Source: Nitrospirota bacterium
GTDB lineage: Bacteria; Nitrospirota; UBA9217
Direction of reading: 5' to 3'
Length of the DNA: 64,000 nt
Assembly (NCBI GenBank): GCA_963737155.1
Contig: CAVTRN010000001.1
Location: 800,001-864,000 of the forward strand
Shown here: in pieces, positions 1-10,942 of the stretch
Layout: each line of letters starts with the position of its first letter
How positions within the stretch are numbered: position 1 is the first letter of the stretch
The notes under the pieces: generated by a model
Database searches by the model: none
What the model saw: only the letters and a program-made list of their open reading frames with translations
What the model was told of the DNA's origin: nothing
Translations under genes and position numbers: made by a program

Positions 1-1035
1 CGGGAAAAACCGCTGCCCAGCGACCCCGTGGGCGTATGACGTCAATGGGATTATTACGACAACGATATTGAGCACAAAGCGGAGTGCCAGGTACAACCAA
101 TATATTGTTGAGATCCCCCTCCTGTAGGTCATTAAAGTCCTCCGGATATAAAGAGAATCAGATGGCCGCAGTCTGACACACATCACAGCCTTGAACCGAA
201 CGCCTTGGAGACACGACCGAGATATTCATTGTTTACAAGAACGTATCCCATTCACCAGCATCTATCACATCTTCATCGATTCTGTGGAAGCATCTTATCG
301 AAAAGGTCTATGACTTTTCCTGCCGAAGCGCGATCTTGCGCCTGTCTGCCGTCATTGCTTGTTGCCGATAACACCGTTCGCATGCATTTCACTCATCGCA
401 TTGCCTATCAGGATTTCTGTCAATACGAAGCGGGCATCGGACAACATTATTTTTCTTATGTTCGATGGAATATTTGGCCAAATTCTCGGCATTCCCGCCC
501 TAGTGCAGGTGCTCGTGCATCACCGCCCGTGCCGTGCATCCTGCCGATGTCCTGGTGTTCCATTTCACCTATCATGCCGCCTTCTTGCATGCCCCCGCCT
601 TAATAACCATGCAACGGTACATCTGTGCCTGCGCAGTCCAAACTGACACCGCAATAAAGATGAACCTGGAGAGTGTACGGACCAGCCTTTTTCTTTTACA
701 CATACACGCCCTTAAATTTATATGCACATATGATCAATGGTAGCAGAGAGAAGAAACAAATACAATTCTTCGGTGCATATAGAAATTTCGGCTCATCTCC
801 AAGATGTTGTAGCACATGCTGGTGCACGTCCTGTTCTTGTATTCTCTGTCTCTGGTATACATAAATCCCCTTATCCGGGACTGAATGCGCTGGATTTATT
901 TATTCGCTATCCACTTCATCTGCTACCTGTATCAAATGCTACATGCACTACTGCAAATGCTCCACAATAATAATTATTCTTTGTTTTCCTGCCTATAAAA
1001 GCATGATTTATCGTAAGAAGTTGTAGCTGATAGGA

Positions 1036-1051
1036 TGGCATGGACATTGCT
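1036..1051 (+). promoter_or_regulatory. sigma54 (-24/-12) promoter of the cus operon
   Basis: TGGCATGGACATTGCT matches TGGCAC-N5-TTGCW with exact GG-N10-GC spacing, 25 bp before the cusC ATG and its GGAGG RBS. Confidence 0.8.
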
Positions 1052-1075
1052 ACTATTAAGAACGGGAGGTCAGTA

Positions 1076-2326
1076 ATGCGGATTCACGTGGTCATCTTCT
1101 TAATGGTGGTTCTCTTCATTCCTTCAGTTTCACTTGCTGATGATTCCCCCATCACCCTAAAAGACCTGGAGCAGGAGGCGCTAAACAATAACCCCGAAAT
1201 CCTCATGACGACAAAGAAGGTTGAGTCCGCTAAAGATAAGAAATCCCTTGCTTCGGCCCTGCCGGACCCCATGATCGGCTACATGGTGCAGAATGTCGGA
1301 TCTCCGGGGCCGTGGACCGTCGGCGTGCAAGACATGAGCATGGAGGGCGTGGTCTTCTCGCAAGAGATCCCATTTCCTGGCAAGCTGGGGACAAAAGGAC
1401 GCATTGCAGGTAAAGAAGAGGAACAGATAGAACAAGGAGCCCGCGAAACAAAGCTCGAAGTATTGAACAACCTAAGGTCAGCGTACTATGAATACTTTCT
1501 TGCGTTTAAATCCGCTGCGATTTTAGATCAGACCAAGGATCTCTTGAAAGATTTTCAGCATATTGCCGAAACACGCTATGCGACAGGCCAGGGAATTCAG
1601 CAAGATGTCATACGCGCCCAGCTTGAGGTCTCCTCGATCATGGACAGGCTTGCCGAAGAGGAACAAAAAAAAGAAGCACAAGCGGCGGTCATTAACAGCC
1701 TCATAGGCCGCAATCCGTTTGCGCCACTTGGCAGGCCTGATGAACTTCCCAGGACGACACCCGCCATCACAATCGACGAAATGGCCACCATGGCGATTGA
1801 GCATTCCCCGATGCTGCAAGGGACGAAACGGATGGTGGAGCAAAACAGGGAAGAGCTTTCCCTGAGTCGCAGGGAATACCTGCCGGACATGGTGGTCTCA
1901 GGCGGGTGGTTTACCCGGGGAGAAAAAACAGATGTATGGCAGGCAAGTGTGATGTTCAAAATTCCGCTCTACTTTTGGAATAAGTCAACGGGTGTGAAGG
2001 CCGCGTCAGCCGATCTCAGCGCCACGCGCTACGAATACGACGCTGAACGACTCGCGACGCTTGCCCGGGTGCGCGACCTCTATTCCATGGTGAAGACCGC
2101 GGAGCACCACATCCAGCTCTATGAGGCAGGGATTATTCCGCAGGCGAAGATGTCGCTTCAGTCTGCAACAACGAATTATCAAGTAGGGAAAACCGATTTC
2201 ATGTCGCTGCTAGAAAGCGAAAATATGCTCTTGAAGTATCAACTCATGGAGCAGGAGGAGCTCGTGAACCTGAACAAGACCATGTCCATGCTCGGCGAGA
2301 TAACGGGAGAAGAGCATGAAAATTAA
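1076..2326 (+). CDS. cusC: TolC-family outer membrane efflux protein (CusC-like)
   Basis: Signal peptide; OEP features (LPDPMI, QEIPFPGK, YQVGKTDF); RBS GGAGG before ATG 1076; first gene of RND operon. Confidence 0.85.
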   Translation: MRIHVVIFLMVVLFIPSVSLADDSPITLKDLEQEALNNNPEILMTTKKVESAKDKKSLASALPDPMIGYMVQNVGSPGPWTVGVQDMSMEGVVFSQEIPFPGKLGTKGRIAGKEEEQIEQGARETKLEVLNNLRSAYYEYFLAFKSAAILDQTKDLLKDFQHIAETRYATGQGIQQDVIRAQLEVSSIMDRLAEEEQKKEAQAAVINSLIGRNPFAPLGRPDELPRTTPAITIDEMATMAIEHSPMLQGTKRMVEQNREELSLSRREYLPDMVVSGGWFTRGEKTDVWQASVMFKIPLYFWNKSTGVKAASADLSATRYEYDAERLATLARVRDLYSMVKTAEHHIQLYEAGIIPQAKMSLQSATTNYQVGKTDFMSLLESENMLLKYQLMEQEELVNLNKTMSMLGEITGEEHEN

Positions 2327-3527
2327 GGATTGCTGGATGTTTCGCAAACGAAACGGGGGCCAAGCCAGCTGCCGGCGGGGAAAAGGATCGTCCATTCTTG
2401 CGGTATTTGGTGCCGCATGCGCTTTGTTTTTTATGAGCCTTACAGTGTCGGCCCAGGAGCACGCTGGCCACTCCGGACAACCATCGGGCGGCCAGGAACG
2501 GAATGCTGAAAGTGTGAAACAAGAGAATCCTCCCTTTATTACGATCAGTCCGGACAAGATCCAGCTCATCGGCGTGCGCACAACTGTTGCGGACTACCGA
2601 TCGCCGGACAAACAGATCCGCACAGTGGGCAAGATTGAGCCTGACGAGACCCGTCTCGCCTTCGTGAACACCAAGATCTCTGGCTGGGTGAAGAAGCTCT
2701 ACGTCGACTACACCGGCAAGGAGGTCGTGAAAGGCCAACCGCTGCTGTCGCTTTACAGTCCTGATCTCGTTACGGCACAGGAAGAATACCTTCTCGCGCT
2801 CCGGTCCGCCGGTTACGGCAAACATGAGACGGGTGACATGAAGGAGCTGGAAACTTCTCGCAACGAACTCCTTGAGTCCGCCAAACGACGACTACTACTG
2901 TGGGACATCACGGAAGCGCAGATTGCCGAACTTGGGAAAACCGGAAAACCCCAGACTGAGATGATCATCGAAGCACCCCTCAACGGGATTGTACTCGAAA
3001 AGATGGTGCTCGAAGGAGGCTATATTACGCCAGGCACGAACCTTTATAAAATAGCCGACCTTTCGTCGATCTGGATCATTGCCGATATCTACGAATATGA
3101 AGTACCTTTGGTGAAAGTAGGCCAGACCGCACTGGTGACCTTGCCGTACTATCCTGGCCAGCGCTATCGTGCAACCTTAAATTATATCTATCCGTCCTTG
3201 GATCCCGTTAGCCGGACAGTCAAGGTGCGGTTGTCCATGAAAAATCCCGGACTCATGCTGAAACCCGAAATGTTTGCAAATGTCCAGATCATGGTTTCCA
3301 CGGGCTCAAAACTGGTGATCCCACGCGAGGCAGTGATTGATTCGGGCAGGCGCCAGATCGTTTATGTCGAAAAAAAGGCGGGGGTGTACGAGATGCGCGA
3401 CGTGACCCTCGGGCAGCGTGGCGAGGATTATGTAGAAGTCCTGAAGGGCATTAAAAAAGGGGAGCGCATCGTTACTTCTGGCAATTTTCTCATCGATTCG
3501 GAGAGCCAGTTGAGGTTGGGGCAATAG
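2316..3527 (+). CDS. cusB: RND efflux periplasmic adaptor subunit (CusB-like)
   Basis: GWVKKLYVDYTG, YSPDLVTAQEEYL, LKPEMF, SGNFLIDSES motifs; overlaps cusC stop. Confidence 0.9.
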   Translation: MKIKDCWMFRKRNGGQASCRRGKGSSILAVFGAACALFFMSLTVSAQEHAGHSGQPSGGQERNAESVKQENPPFITISPDKIQLIGVRTTVADYRSPDKQIRTVGKIEPDETRLAFVNTKISGWVKKLYVDYTGKEVVKGQPLLSLYSPDLVTAQEEYLLALRSAGYGKHETGDMKELETSRNELLESAKRRLLLWDITEAQIAELGKTGKPQTEMIIEAPLNGIVLEKMVLEGGYITPGTNLYKIADLSSIWIIADIYEYEVPLVKVGQTALVTLPYYPGQRYRATLNYIYPSLDPVSRTVKVRLSMKNPGLMLKPEMFANVQIMVSTGSKLVIPREAVIDSGRRQIVYVEKKAGVYEMRDVTLGQRGEDYVEVLKGIKKGERIVTSGNFLIDSESQLRLGQ

Positions 3528-3631
3528 AATTCCTTATTGGAGTTTGCCAAATAGGTTGAGATAACAATAAAAGATGTAGAAATAACATTTCATGCGCAAT
3601 CAGATTGCAGAAATCGACGATCAGGTAACTT

Positions 3632-6600
3632 ATGCTGTCCAAAATCATAGAGTTTTCAGCTCGCAATAAATTTATCGTTTTACTCCTCGTAGGGTTCCTT
3701 ACCCTGTGGGGGATATGGGCAGTGTATAATACACCGCTTGACGCTATTCCTGACCTTTCGGACGTGCAGGTGATTGTGTACACTAATTGGGCGGGCAGGA
3801 GTCCGGATCTCGTTGAGGACCAGATCACCTATCCCATCGTCTCGACGCTGCTCGCGGCACCCAAAGTGCGCGTAGTCCGCGGAAAATCCTTTCTCGGCAC
3901 ATCCTTCGTCTATGTGATCTTTGAAGACGGCACTGACATCTACTGGGCAAGAAGCCGGGTGCTCGAATATCTCCAGGGCGTCCAAGGCAAACTGCCCGCG
4001 GGTGTGACTCCGCAGCTCGGTCCTGACGCAACTGGTGTGGGATGGGGGTTCCAGTATGCCCTGGAGGATGAAAGCGGAAAACACGACCTTTCCCAACTCC
4101 GATCACTTCAGGACTGGACCCTCAAGTATGCAATTGAATCAGTGCCCGGCGTTTCTGAGGTGGCGAGTATTGGCGGGTTTGTGAAACAATACCAGATCGC
4201 CGTGGATCCGAACCGGCTCGCGGCGTATAAGCTTCCACTGGCTAAGGTCATTGACGCCGTTATACGGAGTAACCGCGACGTGGAAGGCAGGGTCGTGGAA
4301 TGGTCCGGAAGGGAGTATATGGTACGCGGCCGCGGCTACATCCATGACAAGTCAGACATCGAGAAGATCGCCGTGGGCACTAACGAGCAAGGAACGCCCA
4401 TTTTGCTCAGCGATGTCAGCCAGGTCCAGCTCGGCCCGGAGATCCGGCGCGGTACCTCTGATCTGGACGGAAAAGGCGAGACCGTGGGCGGCATTGTTGT
4501 GGTCCGCTTCGGGGAGAACGTCCTCAACGTGATCGATCGGGTAAAAGCAAAGATTAAAGAGTTACAGCCCTCCCTGCCCGAAGGGGTCAAGATCACAACA
4601 ACCTACGACCGATCCGAGCTTATCCACGGCTCCGTGGACACTCTCCGCGAAGAAGTAATAAAACTTGGCATTGCCGTAGGCGTGGTTTGCATCGTTTTTC
4701 TCTTCCATCTTCCGAGCGCTCTCGTTGTTATTTTGACCTTGCCCGTGGCGATCCTGATCTCCTTTATCTGCATGTATTATCTCAAGATCAGTTCGAACAT
4801 CATGAGCCTGGGCGGCATCGCCATAGCCATAGGCGCTATGGTTGACGCCTCTATTATCATGGTCGAGAACGCGCATAAAAAGCTTGAAGAATGGGAGAAG
4901 GGCGGGATGGTCCACGGCTCGCGCGTCGATGTGATCATCAACGCTGCAAAAGAGGTCGGACCATCTCTCTTTTTTTCGCTCCTGGTGATCACGGTCGGTT
5001 TTTTGCCGATCTTCACCCTTGAGGAACAGGCAGGCAGACTGTTCAAACCCTTGGCGTACACCAAGACTTTTTCCATGCTTTTTGCGAGCTTTCTCGCGAT
5101 CACGCTGACGCCGGTCTTGATGACGCTTTTCATCAGGGGAAGGATCAGGCATGAGGACAACAATCCGATCAGTCATGTACTCACAAAAATTTACCACCCT
5201 GTTGCGGCCTTCGCACTCCGGTACCGGAAGTTCGTCATCATCGCAGCGATCATCATTGTTCTCATCACGGTTTTTCCTTTTACCAAACTGGGTTCGGAGT
5301 TTATGCCTCCGCTGTACGAGGGCACGCTTCTGTTCATGCCGTCATCAGTGCCCGGCGCCTCCATAACGACCATGAGCGGGGTGCTCCAGGCGGAGGACCG
5401 CATCATCAAAGAGTTCCCCGAGGTGGAGCACGTTTTCGGCAAAGCAGGCAGGGCCGAGACGTCGACCGATCCTGCGCCACTCGAGATGGTCGAGACCAAT
5501 GTGACTTTAAAGCCGATGAGCCAGTGGCGACCGCAGTACAAAAAATGGGAAGACCTCCGCGATGACATGGACAATGCCCTCACCATGCCAGGCGTGGCAA
5601 ACACCTGGACCATGCCGATCATCGGCAGGATTGACATGCTCGCGACGGGCATCCGGACGCCCTTGGGCATCAAGATATTTGGCCCCCATCTCGATGGAAT
5701 AGAACGCATTGGCCTGGATCTGGAACAGACTCTTCGCACCGTCTCCGGTACGCGCAGCGTCTACGCAGAGCGGGCCAACACGGGCTACTTTCTCGATTTC
5801 GATATCAACCGCGACGAAATCGGCAGATACGGCCTAACGGTCGAGGACGTGCAAGAAGTGATTGAGTCTGCCATCGGTGGCATGGACCTGACGACAACGG
5901 TCGAGGGCCGGGAGAGGTATCCCGTAAACATCCGCTACGGCCGGGAACTCCGGAATAATATCGAGGATCTCAAACAAGTGCTTGTACCGACGAGTGGTGG
6001 CGCCCAGGTCCCGTTGGGTCAGCTTGCGGACATCAAGGTGACGCGTGGCCCCGCTATGATCCAGAGTGAGGGTGGGATGCTGACTTCCGCGGTTACGCTA
6101 GGCATTGAAGGAAGTGATTATGGCGGCTACGTGGAGAGGGCCAACAGGGCAATTGCTGAAAAGATGAAGATCCCTCCAGGATACACAATCCAGTGGAGCG
6201 GTCAGTACGAATACATGGAGAATGTCAAAGCCAAACTCTTCTTCGTGATTCCGCTCACGCTGCTGATCATTGTGGTGCTGATTTATCTCAACACGGAATC
6301 GCTCACCAAGACTATGATTGTGCTGCTGGCAGTCCCCTTTTCGCTTGTGGGCACGGTCTGGTTCCTCTATCTCCTTGGCTACCACCTGAGCGCCGCGGTT
6401 TGGGTCGGCGTGATCGCCCTGGCGGGCCTCGACGCGGAGACTGGAATTGTGATGTTGCTTTATCTTGATTTGTCATATAACCGGTGGCATCAGGAAGGAA
6501 GGATCAATGCTCCCCAGGACATCGAGGACTCGGTGATGGAAGGAGCGGTGAAGAGAATCAGGCCAAAGATCATGACGGTGTCGGTAATCCTCGCGGGCCT

Positions 6601-6772
6601 CGTTCCGATCATGTTCTCGAGCGGCACCGGCGCGGACGTTATGAAGCGGATCGCAGCACCTATGATCGGCGGCGTGGTGACATCGACGATATTAGAATTG
6701 ATCATTTATCCCGCGATTTACGTGATCTGGAAGGAAAGAGAGCTGAGAAGGGCGGTAGACGGCCGTCTGTAA
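3632..6772 (+). CDS. cusA: CusA/CzcA heavy-metal efflux RND transporter (Cu/Ag type)
   Basis: 1046 aa; DAIPDLSDVQV, GPDATGVGW, FMPPLYEG, DPAPLEM, RIDMLATG motifs typical of CusA. Confidence 0.93.
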   Translation: MLSKIIEFSARNKFIVLLLVGFLTLWGIWAVYNTPLDAIPDLSDVQVIVYTNWAGRSPDLVEDQITYPIVSTLLAAPKVRVVRGKSFLGTSFVYVIFEDGTDIYWARSRVLEYLQGVQGKLPAGVTPQLGPDATGVGWGFQYALEDESGKHDLSQLRSLQDWTLKYAIESVPGVSEVASIGGFVKQYQIAVDPNRLAAYKLPLAKVIDAVIRSNRDVEGRVVEWSGREYMVRGRGYIHDKSDIEKIAVGTNEQGTPILLSDVSQVQLGPEIRRGTSDLDGKGETVGGIVVVRFGENVLNVIDRVKAKIKELQPSLPEGVKITTTYDRSELIHGSVDTLREEVIKLGIAVGVVCIVFLFHLPSALVVILTLPVAILISFICMYYLKISSNIMSLGGIAIAIGAMVDASIIMVENAHKKLEEWEKGGMVHGSRVDVIINAAKEVGPSLFFSLLVITVGFLPIFTLEEQAGRLFKPLAYTKTFSMLFASFLAITLTPVLMTLFIRGRIRHEDNNPISHVLTKIYHPVAAFALRYRKFVIIAAIIIVLITVFPFTKLGSEFMPPLYEGTLLFMPSSVPGASITTMSGVLQAEDRIIKEFPEVEHVFGKAGRAETSTDPAPLEMVETNVTLKPMSQWRPQYKKWEDLRDDMDNALTMPGVANTWTMPIIGRIDMLATGIRTPLGIKIFGPHLDGIERIGLDLEQTLRTVSGTRSVYAERANTGYFLDFDINRDEIGRYGLTVEDVQEVIESAIGGMDLTTTVEGRERYPVNIRYGRELRNNIEDLKQVLVPTSGGAQVPLGQLADIKVTRGPAMIQSEGGMLTSAVTLGIEGSDYGGYVERANRAIAEKMKIPPGYTIQWSGQYEYMENVKAKLFFVIPLTLLIIVVLIYLNTESLTKTMIVLLAVPFSLVGTVWFLYLLGYHLSAAVWVGVIALAGLDAETGIVMLLYLDLSYNRWHQEGRINAPQDIEDSVMEGAVKRIRPKIMTVSVILAGLVPIMFSSGTGADVMKRIAAPMIGGVVTSTILELIIYPAIYVIWKERELRRAVDGRL

Positions 6773-6984
6773 AGAGGATGCTGAATGCGCAGGAGAGAAT
6801 AAACCGGAGAAGGTCTGAGAATCAGGTGTCGTTGAATCCTGTAATTGTTCCCTTTGCTTTGTCTTTGGAACAGTGTCATAGCGTATCAAGTAGTCGCAGT
6901 TTACGCTTTTTGGCCTTCATCCCATCTTGTGAAGCGGCTAGAATCCACCGGTATCGCACAAAACAGATCTACAGGAGAGACTTC

Positions 6985-7290
6985 ATGGACCGGAAGCGTT
7001 TATTTACCTATATCTCAGGACCGGTCGACCAGACACTGCTTCTGCGTTATGAATACTTAACGGCAGAAAACAGCATTTTACGGCATCAATTCAAATGCCG
7101 CCTCCGGCTTACCGATGGCGAGCGTAAAACTTTGCTGAGATCGGAAAACGCTTGGGGAAGAAAGTGTCAGAAGAGGTCGCCAATAGTGTCAAGCCTGAGA
7201 CCATTTTGGCGTGGCGCCCGATCTGATCGCCTGCATGTTTGGCGGTTCCAAAACAGGGCCGCACGGGGCAGGCCCAAGATAGAAGCGAAA
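6985..7290 (+). pseudogene. Transposase/integrase-core N-terminal remnant
   Basis: MDRKRLFTYISGPVDQTLLLRYEYLTAENSILRHQ..RLRLTDGERKTL resembles N-termini of integrase-core transposases; frameshifts and truncates. Confidence 0.6.
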
Positions 7291-7406
7291 GGAAATATCG
7301 TTATCTTGGAACCATGTGATCTAACAAGAGGTAAAACCGGTACGCGAATTGCGATTGTGTATACGAGCAATGATTTGCAAATAAATTAAATCGAAGGAGG
7401 ACTGAA

Positions 7407-7808
7407 ATGATGAAAAAGTTTTTTTTGGTGGTTCTGGCAGGTTCAATGATGTTGTCGCTTATTGTAGGCTGTTCAAAAGGGTATGTCTCGCAAAAAACGG
7501 TGGACAGCACGACTATCACGCTCAAAGCAGAACAGTACCCACTGATAAAGGGCGACAACGCCTTGTCTGTTAAAGTGGCCGATTTGTCGGGAAAATCTGC
7601 GGGCGACGCCATGGTGATGGCACGTTACTATATGCCGCCCATGCCCGGGATGGCGCCTATGGAATACAAGACCATGGCCCAGGCGAAGGGCGAAGAATAT
7701 GTCTTAACCGCCAATATCCCGATGGAAGGCGGCTGGAAGATTGACGTGACGTCTACGCAGCCGGGGAAACCGGCGGTCACTGCAACGTTCAATGTCGATG
7801 CCAGGTAA
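7407..7808 (+). CDS. FixH/YtkA-like lipoprotein with Met-rich motif
   Basis: RBS GGAGG; lipobox LIVGC; YMPPMPGMAPM and PMEGGWKIDV motifs. Confidence 0.75.
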   Translation: MMKKFFLVVLAGSMMLSLIVGCSKGYVSQKTVDSTTITLKAEQYPLIKGDNALSVKVADLSGKSAGDAMVMARYYMPPMPGMAPMEYKTMAQAKGEEYVLTANIPMEGGWKIDVTSTQPGKPAVTATFNVDAR

Positions 7809-8293
7809 AGACACGGCAATTGGCATCTAAGAAGAATAGTCATGATGAGTTGGGGTATTTCAGATGGTGTCCGAGATAAAAGGCATCTGGGAAGAAGTTC
7901 CCCTTGCAGGTCGTACACGATACACAACGGATTCCGATCATCAAGGCTTATGAAGAGACCGATGAAGCAGCAAACATTTTCTTGGAATACGCTGCGATTG
8001 GGTCTTGCCGGCGATGGCATTGTTGCCGCACCGCCGATGGACCATGCGGTACGCGTCTAGACAAAGGAACCTCAAATTAACTAAAAAGCCGCCGAGCGCC
8101 TTGAAAAGCGGGGAAGAGAAGAGTAGGATGATGGGAAATATCTTTGAGGTAGCGAGTTGCCACCTGAATGATGAGTTTGATATATGGGAAAACCCCGTCC
8201 AGAACCTTTAATGTTGATGCACAAAGATAAAGATCCGGAGCCTGGGTCGGGTTCCAGAGATCATGCCGTGATTCGGCGTTCTTATTTCCCTGT

Positions 8294-9397
8294 ATGATCA
8301 TGTCAGCATTTAAACAAATCAATCATGTCAGAGTGTATGTGCTTGCGGGCCTGCTTGCGATCATCTCGCTCATGCATTACCTCGCGGGCGCGGCAGTAGA
8401 GGGCATGGTCCACGGTCTTCTCGGCCATCTCTACATCGTACCGATCATCCTCGGTGCCTACTGGTACGGGATGAAAGGCGGTGTGATCGTAGCCATAACA
8501 TCAGCCGTGTTGTTTTCGCCCCATCTTTTCCTGCACTGGCATGACCCATTCATGGAGGTTTTTAATTACGTCGAATTATTTCTATTTTTCCTGATCGGAG
8601 GAGTCACCGGCGTACTGAGCCAGATGGAGCGAAACCAGCGCATACGGTATGAAGAAGCGCTGCAGCGACTCGACGAATCCCACCGAAAACTCAAGGAACA
8701 GACCGACGTGCTGTTCCAGACTGAAGAACATCTGAGACGGGCCGATCGCCTGTCTGCGCTGGGCGAGCTGTCGGCGGGCATGGCTCACGAGATCCGAAAT
8801 CCGCTCGGCTCGATTAAAGGCGCAGTCGAGATTCTGAAGGATGATTATTCGCCCGACGATACCAAGTATGAGTTCATCCAGATCCTTCTGAAGGAAACGG
8901 ACCGGCTGAATACTATCGTGCAGGAGTTCCTCGGTTTTGCCCGTCCTAAACAGCCCGAATTCCAGCTATCGGATATAGACAAGACGATCGAGTCCGTGTT
9001 GACGCTGACGGCTCAGGAGGCCAGGAAGTCGGGAGTGAGGATCGAAAAGAAACTCGATTCCACCATCGGAAAAAGGAATCTTGATGCCGGGCTGCTCAAG
9101 CAGGCGTTCCTGAACATAGTTCTGAACGCAATCCAGGCAATGCCGGATGGCGGGCGGCTCATCGTGGAAACCAGTCTTCGAAATGAACTGTTGGAGGTGA
9201 AAATCGTTGACACGGGGAACGGTATCCCTGAGGAAAACCGGAAAAAGCTTTTCAGCCCCTTTTTCACGACGAAGAAAAATGGTACCGGCCTCGGCCTCGC
9301 GATCACCTATCGGATCATCGAAAATCACCGTGGGACAATCGATGTCGTAAGTGAACCAGGGAGGGGAACGACGATTACAGTGAAGATCCCGGCATGA
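8294..9397 (+). CDS. Membrane sensor histidine kinase
   Basis: N-terminal His-rich TM region; AHEIRNPL H-box; N, G1, F and G2 boxes (GTGLGL). Confidence 0.92.
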   Translation: MIMSAFKQINHVRVYVLAGLLAIISLMHYLAGAAVEGMVHGLLGHLYIVPIILGAYWYGMKGGVIVAITSAVLFSPHLFLHWHDPFMEVFNYVELFLFFLIGGVTGVLSQMERNQRIRYEEALQRLDESHRKLKEQTDVLFQTEEHLRRADRLSALGELSAGMAHEIRNPLGSIKGAVEILKDDYSPDDTKYEFIQILLKETDRLNTIVQEFLGFARPKQPEFQLSDIDKTIESVLTLTAQEARKSGVRIEKKLDSTIGKRNLDAGLLKQAFLNIVLNAIQAMPDGGRLIVETSLRNELLEVKIVDTGNGIPEENRKKLFSPFFTTKKNGTGLGLAITYRIIENHRGTIDVVSEPGRGTTITVKIPA

Positions 9398-9589
9398 GAA
9401 ATCAGTCGGAGAAGCTTGAGACGCGGAGACTAAAATTAAAGGAGAAATAAGGACGCGCATATATGCTGATAGATCGGGTCAAGAATTTGATCGCATAATT
9501 TGCAAGATTATCATGAGCGATCATTCACATACTGCGTTTGCTTCTGTTTCTCGCCATACCTCTGTGCCTTCGTGGTACAATTATCCATT

Positions 9590-10942
9590 ATGCAAAAAAA
9601 TTCAATCCTTCTCATAGACGATGATGACAGCCTGCGCCGAATCATGGAGTTCAGCCTGACTGAAGCGGGATACCGTGTCCAGATCGCGGCGAATGGAGAA
9701 GAAGGCCTGCGACTCTTGGAAAAGGACAGCTTTGACGCCGTCATTTCGGACATTACCATGCCTGGTATGGACGGCATGGAGGTCCTGATGAAGATTCGCG
9801 AGCAGGACGCTCAAATTCCGGTGGTCATGATAACAGCTTACGGTACGATCGAGAGTGCCGTTGATGCGATGAAACGGGGGGCATTCGATTATATCACCAA
9901 GCCGTTCAGCCGCGATGAACTCCGGCTCACACTTGACAGGGCGCTTAGGATGCGAAGACTCGAGAAGGAAAACATCGAGCTCAGGTCCGAAATCACGGAC
10001 CGCTACCGTTTCGATAGTATCATCGGCAGCAGTGAGAAAATTCGTGAAGTACTCGACTCGGCCGGTCGCGTGGCCGCAAGCGATGCCACGGTCCTGATCA
10101 CCGGTGAGCGAGGAACCGGGAAAGAGCTTCTCGCAAAAGGCATCCATTTCAACAGCTCCCGGGCGAAGGGCCCTTTCGTAGCGGTCAACTGCGCGGCCAT
10201 TCCGGAAACGCTGATCGAGAATGAGCTGTTCGGCCATGTGAAGGGAGCCTTTACCGGCGCAGGCAAGGACAAGGAAGGCAAGTTCGAGCTTGCCGACGGA
10301 GGAACAATTATGCTGGACGAGATCGGGGAGCTTCGCATCGATCTCCAGTCTAAACTACTCCGGGTCTTGCAGGAACGGAGTGTCGACCGGCTCGGAGACA
10401 GGAAATCCATTGCCGTGGATGTCCGGGTCATCGCTTCCACGAACCGGGACATTGAACAGGCGATCAAGGAAGGCAAATTCCGCGAAGATCTGTATGATCG
10501 CATTAACGTGGTGGGCCTTAGAATGCCGCCTCTCCGCGAGCGCAAGGAAGACATTCAGCTGCTCGCACAGTATTTTCTCAAAAAATTCAACAAGAGTGCA
10601 GCGGTTGGCATCGATCAAGAAGCGATGCCTGTGCTCCTGTCGTATGGCTGGCCAGGCAATGTGCGAGAACTCGAGAGCGTGATAGAACGAGCATCGGTGC
10701 TAAAACACGGGAACCTTGTAACGCCCGCCGATCTACCCGAGAAACTCAAAAAAGAAAAGAATAGCCTGGAGAATATCCTGTTGAACCTACCGGAAGAAGG
10801 TATTGCGCTTGAGGAACTGGAAAAGAGCCTCATCGTCAAGGCACTCGAAAAGAACAAAGGCAACCAGACCCGTACCGCCGAATATCTTGGTATCACAAGG
10901 CCGACGCTCATTTACCGAATGGAAAAATTCGATCTAAAATAA
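9590..10942 (+). CDS. Sigma54-dependent response regulator (NtrC/ZraR family)
   Basis: Receiver (IDDD, D-MPGMDG), AAA+ with GERGTGKE, GAFTGA, WPGNVREL, Fis HTH; ATG 9590 preferred over TTG 9500. Confidence 0.93.
   Translation: MQKNSILLIDDDDSLRRIMEFSLTEAGYRVQIAANGEEGLRLLEKDSFDAVISDITMPGMDGMEVLMKIREQDAQIPVVMITAYGTIESAVDAMKRGAFDYITKPFSRDELRLTLDRALRMRRLEKENIELRSEITDRYRFDSIIGSSEKIREVLDSAGRVAASDATVLITGERGTGKELLAKGIHFNSSRAKGPFVAVNCAAIPETLIENELFGHVKGAFTGAGKDKEGKFELADGGTIMLDEIGELRIDLQSKLLRVLQERSVDRLGDRKSIAVDVRVIASTNRDIEQAIKEGKFREDLYDRINVVGLRMPPLRERKEDIQLLAQYFLKKFNKSAAVGIDQEAMPVLLSYGWPGNVRELESVIERASVLKHGNLVTPADLPEKLKKEKNSLENILLNLPEEGIALEELEKSLIVKALEKNKGNQTRTAEYLGITRPTLIYRMEKFDLK

Noticed and set aside
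205-970. Short ORFs upstream of cusC with a faint YHS-like (CS..YLAKF..P) trace
   Set aside because: No coherent frame, RBS or complete motif; cannot support a gene call
6484-7389. 301-aa ORF overlapping the cusA end
   Set aside because: Chance fusion of a cusA alternative frame with a transposase remnant
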